A program made the position numbers and the translations under genes. A stretch of DNA of 64,000 nt from Gammaproteobacteria bacterium (GTDB lineage: Bacteria > Pseudomonadota > Gammaproteobacteria > GCA-001735895): assembly GCA_041688005.1 (NCBI GenBank), contig JBDNJA010000134.1:79-64078 (forward strand), read 5' to 3'. Each line of letters begins with the position of its first letter. Position 1 is the first letter of the stretch. Shown one piece after another: positions 1 to 9,753 of this stretch. The notes under the pieces were generated by a model. It saw only the letters and a program-made list of their open reading frames with translations. It was not told where the DNA came from and did not search any database.

Positions 1-455
1 CGATAGGTGTTGATGAAGGCCTCGGGATCGCTGCCGAGCTGCTGCCAGAGTTCGGGCAGCAGCCCGCCGAGATACTTGTTATAGGCGCCGAGATACCACT
101 TGGGTTCGAGCCCGATGCGCTGGTGCACCACGCCCACGCGTAAGCGGTGGGCGATGTACTCGGGGCCATAGTCGCCCGCGGTTAGGCTCTCGAAGTAGCT
201 TGCCTGGGCCCGCTTCAGACGCTCGAGCGTTGCGGCGTCCGGGATCAAGCGGCGGGTTTCTTCAAAGGCGAGGAGATGGTCGTAAAAAGCGTTGGCGAAA
301 TCCGGTGCCAGAGTTTGCAGAGTCGCATGCAGCTCACGAAGCAGTGCGGCATCCTCCGTGGTAAATTCCAGAAAGGCCTTGCGTCGCGCGATCTCGGACT
401 CGTCAAAACCCATCACTCGTACTATGGCCTCTGTGGCTTCATTGAGCGTTTTCAT
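1..455 (-). CDS. Globin-coupled sensor, N-terminal protoglobin (heme sensor) domain; rest of gene lies outside the window
   Basis: Absent from the ORF track because it runs off the window. Reverse complement from ATG 455-453 stays open to base 1 and reads MKTLNEATEAIVRVMGFDESEIARRKAFLEF...FANAFYDHLLAFEETRRLI...YIAHRLRVGVVHQRIGLEPKWYLGAYNKYL. This is the sensor-globin pattern, with the proximal His in VHQRIG. Exact start uncertain: in-frame GTG/TTG lie a few codons upstream. Confidence 0.7.
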   Translation of the reverse strand, partial: MKTLNEATEAIVRVMGFDESEIARRKAFLEFTTEDAALLRELHATLQTLAPDFANAFYDHLLAFEETRRLIPDAATLERLKRAQASYFESLTAGDYGPEYIAHRLRVGVVHQRIGLEPKWYLGAYNKYLGGLLPELWQQLGSDPEAFINTY

Positions 456-604
456 GCCTCCCGCCACCAACCATGAAGGAGAGATGAAGCCGTTATCAGG
501 CTTGCTTGCTTGCTTGCGCAATGTTTCTTCTTTAATAACGAAACTCCAGCTTTTTAAAGTTCTTATTGGAGGTGGCATACCACCCCATCCATGCTATCCC
601 TAAT

Positions 605-1786
605 TCAGGGACTCATGCGGTTACACGCTGGCGGTACACCAAATGTAGTGCAGAACGCCAGATACGCCTGGCGCTCCAGTACGCGCCATTCATTGCACAC
701 AAGCCGGTAACGGAACTTGGCGCCTGCGGCGATGATTTGCATCAACGAAGGGTTGCCGCTGCTGCCGCGCAAGTGGTCGCCCAGCCGCTTGCGCAGATTG
801 CCCGCGCTGCCGATATACACCACGCTGCACACGCTCGCCTGAATATCCTGCGTTCTTATCTCATACACCCCTGACCCCGACGGAGCGCTAGCCAGCACGC
901 CCTGGCGCGTCAGCGGCTGCAAGGATGAAAAACCTGTCGTGGCAGTCAAATAATCTCCTTTATGGTAGCGGTCGCGATAATCTGGGATACCTAGGTCATG
1001 CCGGATGTAAGCCACAGAACGCCGCGAAAGCTTGGCCGCAAATTTTCTATCGATCTCGGCGGCTATTTCGCCATCCTTCAGCGGCGCACGTATTATTCCT
1101 TCCATCATGAGCGCGCGTTCCATTTTTATCATATGATCCACAAAATAACAATGCACCTGGCGCGATTTCGGGCACAGTGAACGCAGGTCAACTTCTTTCC
1201 CGTCAGGAAGGATGATCGACAGTTTACGGATCAGCCGGGAGATCCGGCTCCCGTCAACAATCACTTCGATCCCGGCTTCGGCGCGCAGTGCAGCAGAAAC
1301 CTGGGCTTGTGAGAAGGGGCGCAGCGCGAGCGGGTTTGCGCTGCGCACGTAATCCGCCTGGGCTTCGATCAATTTTCGGACGATCGCGCCGCTTATCCGG
1401 TTGCGGGTGTTGATCAGGCGCAGGCGCCGTACCAGCCGCGCCAGTTCCATGCCGTTCACCGAATGCGACAGAATGCCCGCCAAGGCTTCATCGTCGAACA
1501 GGTATTCACGCCCATAACTTTCGCTGTGATAGAAAAATGTAACGCCGCCATCCACCAACACGGCATGTCCAAGCGCACGTCGCGCTTCCGGCAATATCTG
1601 CTGCGCCGTCTGCGCGCCCGGCAGTTGCCTGACGGTCAGGCAACTTTTCAAGGCGTCAAACTGGGGGGATTGCTCCCATTTTTTTACCCGTTGGTCGAAC
1701 GTCCGCAACGGAATTTCGAGGAAACGGGCGAGCACTATCTTGCCAAGGAGGTCGGCCGCTAATCTTTTTTTATCAGACATCTGCAT
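605..1786 (-). CDS. Fusion protein: sigma-54 (RpoN)-like C-terminal DNA-binding region + C-terminal GIY-YIG nuclease domain
   Basis: 393-aa ORF. The C-terminus carries GIY-YIG hallmarks (GVYEIR...[18 protein letters not shown], later conserved E and N). The middle parallels E. coli RpoN residues ~330-470: [20 protein letters not shown] vs [28 protein letters not shown] vs HESTISRV, and [20 protein letters not shown] vs the RpoN box [21 protein letters not shown]. Comparison made from memory of RpoN, no HMM run. Confidence 0.75.
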   Translation of the reverse strand: [393 protein letters not shown]

Positions 1787-2078
1787 TTTGATTGTTAGGC
1801 GGTTTCAAGTGCCAACTTGTAACACAAGGTTAATATGTGTACGCAAAGCAGCCTTTACGAACACCTCACTCCGTGGGATATCTCTTGCAGATTGCGTACG
1901 CTCGTCCAGCTTGCCGACAAGCTGGGCCACTCGCCCGAACAGAGTTGCGTATAAGTAGCATAATAGCTATGTTGAGCCTTGTCCAAGTCTTCTCTAATAT
2001 TAGAATCACGTACCCCGTTCAGGCTCATCTCATATTGGAGAAGACTGCCGGTTGCGAGCAAAGTACATTGTTGCTAGT

Positions 2079-2176
2079 ATTCGCCTCACCTTGGGGGGCC
2101 GTATGGCTGAGAGACAATTGTCGACCCATTGAACCTGCACCGGGTAATGCTGGCGAAGGGAATGGTATTCGCTAGT
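2079..2176 (+). promoter_or_regulatory. TPP (thiamine pyrophosphate) riboswitch / THI element
   Basis: Sequence ...ggggggccgtatggCTGAGAgacaattgtcgACCCattgaACCTGcaccGGGTAATGCTGGCGaagggaa contains the conserved CUGAGA and ACCUG...GGNUAAUGCCNGCG thi-box cores. It sits ~55 nt upstream of thiD. Boundaries approximate. Confidence 0.85.
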
Positions 2177-2228
2177 CTCCGCCGGCAGCACCACATTCCT
2201 CGCCTGTTCAGTCACAGAGGGATAAACA

Positions 2229-3074
2229 TTGGTCAGCCCACAAAACGCACTTCAACACAGCTTTCTTCATCAAAAAACAGCGATTGCGCTAACGATTGCT
2301 GGTTCTGATAGCGGTGGCGGCGCCGGTATCCAGGCCGACCTGAAAACATTTTCCGCATTGGGTGTATATGGCGCTAGTGCCATCACAGCCATCACCGCAC
2401 AAAATACCCAGGCGGTCACCGCTGTTCATGATATTCCTGTCGATATTATTACTAAACAAATCCAAGCCGTTCTAGATGATATTAATGTCGCTGCCATTAA
2501 AGTTGGTATGTTGTCATCCTCTGAAATCATCCTTGCTGTCAGCAAACAATTAAGCCAATCAACTATTCCTGTCGTGCTAGATCCAGTCATGGTGGCTAAG
2601 TCAGGCGATGCGCTTTTACAACAAAGCGCCATCGAGTCACTCAAAATAAAACTCCTCCCAATCGCCTTCTTATTGACTCCAAACCTACCTGAGGCGGCAA
2701 CCTTGCTTCAGTGTGATGTGGCTGACAATGAAGCCGCCATGCAAGCGCAAGGAGAAGCATTAATTAAACTGGGTGCAAAAGCAGTGTTGATGAAGGGCGG
2801 TCATGCCAAAGGCGATGAATGTGTCGACCTGCTGATTGTTCGAAATGGTCCTATTACGCGTTTCCGGTCAGCTCGAGTCAACACTAAGAACACACATGGT
2901 ACTGGTTGCACGCTGTCATCAGCCATTGCCGCACACCTTGCGAAAGGCATTCCTCTCGTGGAGTCGGTTCACTTGTCCCATAATTACCTTAATCAGGCCA
3001 TTGTTAGTGCCGATCAATTGCACATTGGAAAAGGTCATGGTCCAGTCCATCATTTTCATAGCCTTTGGCAATAA
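2229..3074 (+). CDS. thiD: Hydroxymethylpyrimidine/phosphomethylpyrimidine kinase
   Basis: 281 aa. [30 protein letters not shown]...[10 protein letters not shown]...[17 protein letters not shown] is the ThiD signature. TTG start in the track; first gene after the TPP riboswitch. Confidence 0.9.
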   Translation: MVSPQNALQHSFLHQKTAIALTIAGSDSGGGAGIQADLKTFSALGVYGASAITAITAQNTQAVTAVHDIPVDIITKQIQAVLDDINVAAIKVGMLSSSEIILAVSKQLSQSTIPVVLDPVMVAKSGDALLQQSAIESLKIKLLPIAFLLTPNLPEAATLLQCDVADNEAAMQAQGEALIKLGAKAVLMKGGHAKGDECVDLLIVRNGPITRFRSARVNTKNTHGTGCTLSSAIAAHLAKGIPLVESVHLSHNYLNQAIVSADQLHIGKGHGPVHHFHSLWQ

Positions 3075-3101
3075 AATGACAACAACCTTTTTAATTAAAT
3101 T

Positions 3102-4097
3102 ATGAATGTTTCAATAATAGGGGCTGGAGTAGCTGGTTTAACCTGTGCTTGCGTGCTGGTTGATCAGGGTGTTTCAGTCACGCTATACGAACAGTCAGAT
3201 GCGATCGGCAGCAATGCTTGCTCATGGTATGCCGGTGGAATGCTAGCGCCCTGGTGTGAATCCGAAAGCGCCGAACAATGGGTGCTCGACCATGGTATCG
3301 AATCAATTGAATGGTGGGATCAACACACCAGCAACCTTAAAAGAAACGGTAGCTTAGTTTTATCGATGCAACGGGATAAACGAGATATTCAGCGCTATGC
3401 AAGTCTGACTGAAAACCATCGATGGTTAAATGGCCCTGAGATTAATGAAATGGAACCCGACTTAAGTGGCCGATTCGAACGAGGGTTGTTTTACGCTGAC
3501 GAAGCACATTTAGATTCACGACTGGCACTACAACAGTTAGTTGATTATTTATCTACAAAAGATGTCGATATACAGTTTGAGCAATCTATTACTGCAGCTG
3601 ACTGTAATAGTGATTATGTCATCGATTGCCGTGGTTATGGCGCGCGTCACGATCTACCTGAACTACGCGGTGTGAAGGGTGAAATGTTGTTGCTTAAAAG
3701 CAATGACATCAGCCTGTCGAGAGCAGTGCGGCTCGTTCACCCAAGGAATCCACTTTATATCGTGCCACGAGCAGAGGGCCTATTCATGCTGGGCGCCACC
3801 ATGATAGAAAATGATGAACGTCACCGCATTAGTGCCCGCTCTATGCTCGAATTACTGAGTGCTGCTTATGCATTGCATCCTGCTTTTGGTGAAGCTGAAA
3901 TTGTAGAAATTGGGGTCGATGTCAGACCTGCCTTCTCTAATAACCTGCCCCAGTTGCGCCGTGATAAAAATACGCTCTATGTGAATGGTCTTTATAGGCA
4001 CGGTTTTTTACTTGGGCCTGCCATTGCCAAACTTGCTTCTCAGGCTATTTTAGATGAGTCAAAATTTTTAGAGGTCAAACTATGCGCATTGTCTTAA
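3102..4097 (+). CDS. thiO: FAD-dependent glycine oxidase (thiazole biosynthesis)
   Basis: 331 aa with an N-terminal FAD Rossmann motif (VSIIGAGVAGLTCACVL). Located between thiD and thiS/thiG and overlaps the thiS start by 16 nt. Confidence 0.75.
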   Translation: MNVSIIGAGVAGLTCACVLVDQGVSVTLYEQSDAIGSNACSWYAGGMLAPWCESESAEQWVLDHGIESIEWWDQHTSNLKRNGSLVLSMQRDKRDIQRYASLTENHRWLNGPEINEMEPDLSGRFERGLFYADEAHLDSRLALQQLVDYLSTKDVDIQFEQSITAADCNSDYVIDCRGYGARHDLPELRGVKGEMLLLKSNDISLSRAVRLVHPRNPLYIVPRAEGLFMLGATMIENDERHRISARSMLELLSAAYALHPAFGEAEIVEIGVDVRPAFSNNLPQLRRDKNTLYVNGLYRHGFLLGPAIAKLASQAILDESKFLEVKLCALS

Positions 4098-4279
4098 ACG
4101 GCCAATATTGCGAAGTTAAAAGCACAACGCTCGATCAAATTTTAATTGAGTGTGACTACATCAATTCAGCCATTGCGACTGCACTCAATGACACTATCGT
4201 GCATAAGCAAGCTCGTGTTGGAACCGTATTAAATGAAGGCGATCGACTTGAAGTAGTTGCACCCATCGGAGGCGGTTAA
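4082..4279 (+). CDS. thiS: Sulfur-carrier protein ThiS
   Basis: 65 aa ending ...VVAPIGGG (C-terminal GG of the ubiquitin-like sulfur carrier). Immediately upstream of thiG. Confidence 0.85.
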   Translation: MRIVLNGQYCEVKSTTLDQILIECDYINSAIATALNDTIVHKQARVGTVLNEGDRLEVVAPIGGG

Positions 4280-4282
4280 ACA

Positions 4283-5056
4283 ATGCCAAATTTTTACAAC
4301 GTAGAAATTGATAACGCTTTGTTGCTAGGCACCGCGCAGTACCCATCACCTGCCATTCTAACAGACGCTATTCGGCATTCTCAGGTTCAAATAGTTACGG
4401 CTTCCCTAAGGCGTGAAGCCGGGGGATCTGGTGCGGGTCAAAATTTTTGGGATATGATTAAAGGCCTTGGAATTCGAGTATTACCCAACACTGCGTCCTG
4501 CTATTCCGTCAAAGAGGCGGTAACTACGGCTCATATGGCCCGTGAAGTTTTTGATACTCGATGGATCAAGCTGGAAGTGATTGGTAATTCTGACACCTTA
4601 CAACCCGATATTTTTGGGCTTGTTGAAGCCGCTAGAATTCTCTGTGAAGACGGTTTTGAAGTCTTTCCCTATACCACCGAAGATTTAGTTTTGGCTGACA
4701 AACTGCTGCAGGTTGGTTGCGAAGTATTAATGCCTTGGGGTTCACCCATTGGATCAGGGCGTGGGCTTAACAACCCTTATGGAATCCGCACACTGCGAGC
4801 CCACTTTCCCGATGTGCCTCTTATCATCGATGCAGGTATTGGCCTGCCTTCACAGGCAGCACAAGCCATGGAATTAGGTTGTGATGCAGTGTTGCTCAAT
4901 ACTGCTGTCGCCAAATCTGGTGATCCAGTCACCATGGCTAAAGCTTTTTCAGATGCAGTTAGCGCTGGACGAGCAGCCTTTTTATCAACGCCCATTGAAA
5001 TGAGTGACATGGCCCAACCTTCTACACCCGTGATTGGTAAGGCGTTCTTATTATGA
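4283..5056 (+). CDS. thiG: Thiazole synthase
   Basis: 257 aa. [29 protein letters not shown] and [30 protein letters not shown] are typical ThiG. Its stop overlaps the thiE ATG (ATGA). Confidence 0.95.
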   Translation: MPNFYNVEIDNALLLGTAQYPSPAILTDAIRHSQVQIVTASLRREAGGSGAGQNFWDMIKGLGIRVLPNTASCYSVKEAVTTAHMAREVFDTRWIKLEVIGNSDTLQPDIFGLVEAARILCEDGFEVFPYTTEDLVLADKLLQVGCEVLMPWGSPIGSGRGLNNPYGIRTLRAHFPDVPLIIDAGIGLPSQAAQAMELGCDAVLLNTAVAKSGDPVTMAKAFSDAVSAGRAAFLSTPIEMSDMAQPSTPVIGKAFLL

Positions 5057-5703
5057 AATCTGTCATGAAACCTAACATGACAACTGTGATAAAAAATAAG
5101 CAGTTAGACCCTTTTTATCCAGTTTTTGACAGCGTTGAATGGCTTCGCCGTTTATTACCTCTTGGTATTAAGTTAGTTCAGTTACGAATTAAATCAATGC
5201 CTGAGGCCGAGCTACGACAGCAGATTGTATTGGCCAAAGAATTAACAGAAAAGGCTAACTGTCAATTGATATTAAACGATCATTGGCAATTGGCGATTGA
5301 ACTTGGCTGTGATTTTATTCACCTCGGTCAGGAGGATTTAGATATTGCAGATATTGATTCGATTCGACAAGCCAAGATTAAAATTGGCATTAGCACACAT
5401 AGTAAACTCGAGTTAGAAAGAGCATTAAAGCTCGACCCAGAATATATCGCTCTAGGGCCTGTATATCCCACTATCCTTAAAAAAATGACTTGGGCACCTC
5501 AGGGTTTAGATCGAGTTACACATTGGAAAAGCTGTGTAGGCGATACGCCCCTCGTTGGTATTGGAGGACTCAGTTTGCAACGAGCCCAAGGCGTGTTCGA
5601 TGCGGGAGCTGATGTCGTTGCACTAGTCACCGATATCACTCTCAACGCTAACCCTAAACAACAAGTTAGGGAGTGGATCAAACTCACTCAACCATATCGT
5701 TAA
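5053..5703 (+). CDS. thiE: Thiamine-phosphate synthase
   Basis: 216 aa. VQLRIKS..., [26 protein letters not shown] and PLVGIGGL match the ThiE TIM-barrel motifs. Confidence 0.9.
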   Translation: MKSVMKPNMTTVIKNKQLDPFYPVFDSVEWLRRLLPLGIKLVQLRIKSMPEAELRQQIVLAKELTEKANCQLILNDHWQLAIELGCDFIHLGQEDLDIADIDSIRQAKIKIGISTHSKLELERALKLDPEYIALGPVYPTILKKMTWAPQGLDRVTHWKSCVGDTPLVGIGGLSLQRAQGVFDAGADVVALVTDITLNANPKQQVREWIKLTQPYR

Positions 5704-5748
5704 ATTAAGAACCAAATTAACCTTCACCACTTAATCAAAGAGACCATT

Positions 5749-6684
5749 ATGAAAAAAATCTTACTGACGCTAGTCCTTACCTTTACATCGCAGTCATTTG
5801 CGGCTGACAAAATGACTATTATTCTTGACTGGTTTATCAATCCTGATCATGGCCCTATTATTATTGCTCAAGAAAAAGGTTACTTTTCAGAACAGGGTTT
5901 GGAGATGGAAATAATTCCACCAGCCGATCCTTCAGATCCACCAAAACTAGTGGCTGCTGGGAAAGCAGACCTAGCTGTTTCCTATCAACCTCAATTGCAC
6001 ATGCAAGTTCATCAAGGACTGCCACTAATCCGTGTAGGCACATTAATTGCCACACCATTAAATTGTTTACTGGTATTGAAAGATGGGCCAATTAAAAAAA
6101 TTGCTGATTTAAAAGGTAAAAAAGTTGGGTTTTCTGTTGCTGGTGTTGAAGAAGCGGTTTTAACATCCCTACTGAAAAAAAATGGCCTAAGTATCGATGA
6201 CATAGAACTGGTCAATGTGAACTGGTCACTATCACCCTCACTGATGTCAAAACAGGTTGATGCCGTAATCGGTGCCTTCCGAAATTTTGAGTTGAATCAA
6301 ATGGCAATCGAAGGCGTGCCCGGTCGCTGTTTTTACGTCGAGGAAGAAGGTTTGCCTGCTTACGATGAACTCATTTACGTCGCCCATAAAGACAACATGG
6401 ATAAAGATAAAATTGCGCGTTTTCTGGCTGCAACAGAAAAAGCCACACAATATATTGTCAACCACCCAAAACAAAGCTGGGAGATCTTTTCCAGCACGGC
6501 GATAGAACTTCAGGACGAATTAAATAAACGCGCCTGGGCTGATACTCTGCCACGATTTGCACTTCGTCCTGCTGCTTTTGATGCGGGTCGATATCGTAAG
6601 ATGGAAAACTTCTTTTCAGAAGCGGGGTTATTAGAGGGCGAGGCATTGCCTGTTAGTCGTCTCGCGATTGATGTTACCCAATGA
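5749..6684 (+). CDS. thiY: ABC transporter periplasmic binding protein, NMT1/THI5-like (pyrimidine precursor binding, ThiY-type)
   Basis: 311 aa with signal peptide MKKILLTLVLTFTSQSFA and NMT1/THI5-like sequence (ILDWFINPDHGPIIIAQEKGYF). Lies in the thi operon next to tenA and the ABC ATPase/permease genes. Confidence 0.7.
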   Translation: MKKILLTLVLTFTSQSFAADKMTIILDWFINPDHGPIIIAQEKGYFSEQGLEMEIIPPADPSDPPKLVAAGKADLAVSYQPQLHMQVHQGLPLIRVGTLIATPLNCLLVLKDGPIKKIADLKGKKVGFSVAGVEEAVLTSLLKKNGLSIDDIELVNVNWSLSPSLMSKQVDAVIGAFRNFELNQMAIEGVPGRCFYVEEEGLPAYDELIYVAHKDNMDKDKIARFLAATEKATQYIVNHPKQSWEIFSSTAIELQDELNKRAWADTLPRFALRPAAFDAGRYRKMENFFSEAGLLEGEALPVSRLAIDVTQ

Positions 6685-7394
6685 CTGTAATCAACAAAAG
6701 CACTGAAAATTTCGGATCTAAAATATTTTCTGGTTGGCGTCATGCCGCCGGCGAATCATGGTCAGATTATGTTGACCACGAATTCGTCCGAGGCCTCGGT
6801 GATGGCAGCCTTCCTCGGTCTGCTTTCATTGCTTACCTGATTCAGGATTATATTTTTCTGATTCATTTTTCTCGCGCCTGGGCGCTTGCCATTGTTAAGT
6901 CGGAGACACCCGAACAAATGCGGGGTGCGGCAGTGACGGTCAATGCGTTAATCAACGAAGAAGTTCAACTTCATGTTGGAATTTGTGCGCGTGAAGGGAT
7001 CACTGAAGCGCAATTATTACAGGCTACAGAAGAACCTGAAAACCTCGCCTACACTCGATATGTTATGGATGCGGGCTTGTCTGGAGACCTCCTCGACCTG
7101 CTTGCAACACTCGCACCCTGTGTTTTTGGTTATGCGGATATTGGCTATCGATTGTCGCAATGTCACGACACTAAACCGCTTTATCGCGAATGGATCGATA
7201 GCTATCACTCTGACAGCTATAAGCCTGTTTGTATTTCAGTAGCATTGCTTATCGAGCAGGTCGGCTATGCAAAGCTTGGCCCCCAGCCGGAGCAAAATCC
7301 ACGTTGGCCCGTACTGTGCGAGCGCTTTAAAACAGCGACTCAACTGGAAGCCAATTTTTGGTCCATGGGCCTTCGGCTTGGCAACTCTGGGTGA
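6681..7394 (+). CDS. tenA: Aminopyrimidine aminohydrolase (thiaminase II)
   Basis: 237 aa. HEFVRGLGDGSLPRSAFIAYLIQDYIFLIHFSRAWA and the C-terminal ...ATQLEANFW are TenA/PqqC-fold patterns. Overlaps the thiY stop by 4 nt. Confidence 0.85.
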   Translation: MTVINKSTENFGSKIFSGWRHAAGESWSDYVDHEFVRGLGDGSLPRSAFIAYLIQDYIFLIHFSRAWALAIVKSETPEQMRGAAVTVNALINEEVQLHVGICAREGITEAQLLQATEEPENLAYTRYVMDAGLSGDLLDLLATLAPCVFGYADIGYRLSQCHDTKPLYREWIDSYHSDSYKPVCISVALLIEQVGYAKLGPQPEQNPRWPVLCERFKTATQLEANFWSMGLRLGNSG

Positions 7395-7400
7395 TTCAGT

Positions 7401-8186
7401 ATGTTGGTCAATAATAGGCAGTCAACGTTAGTCGGATTAAGCATAACCGGCAGCTTTCAGCGTGACACAAGCCTATTATTTTCTGATATATCCTTCGAAC
7501 TAAAGCAAGGTTGCTGGACTTGCCTTCTAGGTCCTTCCGGTGTTGGCAAATCGACCCTGCTAAGGTTGTTAGCAGGATTATCAACTGGCGGTCAATTTAA
7601 CGGCCAAATTCGTGCTAATCCAGAATTTATAGCAGCCGATCATGATAATAATCAAGGGACTAATGATGTTGCTAATGTGATTTCCTACATGGCACAAACT
7701 GACCTACTTTTTCCCTGGTTAGATGTTCGTCAAAATATCATGCTGGGTCAGCGCCTTCGGCATGAAAAAAATTCAACCCTTTACTACAAGCAGGCCGTTG
7801 ATCGTCTTATTGATCAAGTCGGCCTTGGTGCTCATGAATATAAAAGACCTCACCAACTATCAGGCGGCATGCGCCAACGGGTTGCACTGGCACGCACTCT
7901 TATGGAGGATCAACCGATCGTTTTGTTAGATGAACCTTTTTCAGCTTTAGATGCACGCACCCGTGACGACATGCAGTCTCTGGCTTTTGATGTGCTAAAA
8001 GACAAAACCGTACTGCTGGTGACCCACGATCCAGCTGAAGCGATCCGCCTCGCGCATCACCTTTTTGTGATGACCCATAACGGTATTCATAACCATCAAA
8101 CACCCGAAAACTTACCACCCCGCCAGGTAGAACATCCCATAACATTGACCGCTCAGGCAGAGTTGTTGAGGGTATTGAAATCGTAA
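7401..8186 (+). CDS. thiZ: ABC transporter ATP-binding protein (NitT/TauT family, ThiZ-type)
   Basis: 261 aa with Walker [10 protein letters not shown], signature [13 protein letters not shown] and Walker [13 protein letters not shown]. Confidence 0.75.
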   Translation: MLVNNRQSTLVGLSITGSFQRDTSLLFSDISFELKQGCWTCLLGPSGVGKSTLLRLLAGLSTGGQFNGQIRANPEFIAADHDNNQGTNDVANVISYMAQTDLLFPWLDVRQNIMLGQRLRHEKNSTLYYKQAVDRLIDQVGLGAHEYKRPHQLSGGMRQRVALARTLMEDQPIVLLDEPFSALDARTRDDMQSLAFDVLKDKTVLLVTHDPAEAIRLAHHLFVMTHNGIHNHQTPENLPPRQVEHPITLTAQAELLRVLKS

Positions 8187-8217
8187 TTATATTCGTATTA
8201 TTTTCTCAGGCAATACA

Positions 8218-8994
8218 GTGAAGTCAGACACGCCGATCAGCATGCAAAAAATCAACGCTAGAGACCTCGCTGTCTCGGTTTTGATCATTTTGATTGGCTG
8301 GCAGCTAGTGGTTTGGGTTACAGAGATACCACGTTACATACTACCTGGCCCATTAGCGGTGGCCGAAGCGTTAGTGAAGTATTCCGACTTGCTTGCTATG
8401 CATGCTTGGGTGACTGCGATTGAGGTTGTTGGCGGCTTAATACTGGGCACTTTATTGGGCATTGCTACCGCTATGTACCTCACCATGTCTGCCACAGCAA
8501 CACGCTATATGATGCCGATACTTGTGATCAGTCAAACTGTCCCTGTGTTTGCTCTTGCCCCAATATTAACGCTCTGGTTTGGTTATGGGCTAGGCTCTAA
8601 AATTGCGATGACTATTCTGATTATTTATTTTCCCGTTGCCTCCAGCTTTCTGGATGGTTTGCGCGCTACACCAAAAGGATTTCTGGACCTGGCCCAGAGT
8701 ATGCGGGCGACTAAATTTAACACCCTAATTCAAGTTAGGTTACCCGCTGCTCTACCATCACTCTCGTCAGGTATCCGTCTTGCGACTGTCTATGCGCCCA
8801 TCGGCGCAATTATTGGAGAGTGGGTGGGTGCGTCACAAGGGCTGGGTTACTTAATGCTACTGGCTAATGGTCGGGTCAAAATTGATTTAATGTTCGCAGC
8901 GCTCGTGACCTTGTGTATTTTTACACTGCTATTAAGAACCGTTACCAATGCGCTGTGTCATAAGCTTGATCATTGGGCCGGACAATCACACTAG
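8218..8994 (+). CDS. thiX: ABC transporter permease (ThiX-type)
   Basis: 258 aa, multi-TM with a BPD-transporter-type inner-membrane component pattern. Last gene of the thi operon; GTG start in the track. Confidence 0.75.
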   Translation: MKSDTPISMQKINARDLAVSVLIILIGWQLVVWVTEIPRYILPGPLAVAEALVKYSDLLAMHAWVTAIEVVGGLILGTLLGIATAMYLTMSATATRYMMPILVISQTVPVFALAPILTLWFGYGLGSKIAMTILIIYFPVASSFLDGLRATPKGFLDLAQSMRATKFNTLIQVRLPAALPSLSSGIRLATVYAPIGAIIGEWVGASQGLGYLMLLANGRVKIDLMFAALVTLCIFTLLLRTVTNALCHKLDHWAGQSH

Positions 8995-9049
8995 ATCAAT
9001 CACTTCAACATGCCAGTATCAACCAGCAGTGATGACATTCTATTCTATT

Positions 9050-9640
9050 TTATTGATAGGTAACTACCAAAAAACACACCAGCTCGTCTTTGCCGGTATT
9101 TTCGATGCAGTGTTCCAGATCAGCTCGATAGTGGGCCGAGTCGCCAACGCCAAGAACACAATGCGTAGTACCCGATTCGATACTGGCACTGCCCTGGGTT
9201 ACAGTGAGTAATTCTCGGGCACCCTCAATATGCGCGGCACTTTTCAGGTTTGATTTAGCTGCAATTTTCAATTCATAGAATTCGACGCTTTTTCCCGTGT
9301 GAAGCGGCGACAGCGTCCGAATCTTACATTCCTTATCGCCACGAAATAGATTGTTTGGATCGTCTGCGTGAACAATATCGATATTGGCGCTGCTGTCTGC
9401 CTGTTCGACTAGTTCACCGATACTAATGCCAAATGCCTGAGCAATTCGGAAAGTAACCCCCAGCGTTGGATTTGCCTGTCCACGCTCTATTTGACTCAGC
9501 ATCGATCGACTCACACCAGATAACGCAGCCAGCTGATTCAGAGTTAATTTGTTTTTCTTACGTAATGCGGTAACTCTGTCCTGCAATACCTGGCTGGTAA
9601 GATCAGTTGTTTCGTCTGTATTTAGTGTTGTTGTTGCCAT
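9050..9640 (-). CDS. XRE-family transcriptional regulator with C-terminal cupin domain
   Basis: 196 aa. HTH region LTLNQLAALSGVSRSMLSQIERGQANPTL followed by a cupin-like C-terminus. Divergent from tdh. Confidence 0.85.
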   Translation of the reverse strand: MATTTLNTDETTDLTSQVLQDRVTALRKKNKLTLNQLAALSGVSRSMLSQIERGQANPTLGVTFRIAQAFGISIGELVEQADSSANIDIVHADDPNNLFRGDKECKIRTLSPLHTGKSVEFYELKIAAKSNLKSAAHIEGARELLTVTQGSASIESGTTHCVLGVGDSAHYRADLEHCIENTGKDELVCFLVVTYQ

Positions 9641-9753
9641 TTTATTCTCTTATAAAAGAATTAGTTCTTGTATATTGCTAATTAGTTTTCTAATATACCG
9701 GAATTGTTCCAGGATACTATCCGAACAGGTCAGACATTTCACCAGGAAATATT

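Noticed and set aside
1993-2004. Perfect 12-bp palindrome TCTAATATTAGA near the GC-composition junction, considered as a recombination site or operator.
   Set aside because: Perfect 12-bp palindromes are expected about 15 times by chance in 64 kb (64000/4^6). Nothing else, such as flanking repeats or a nearby recombinase, supports a function.
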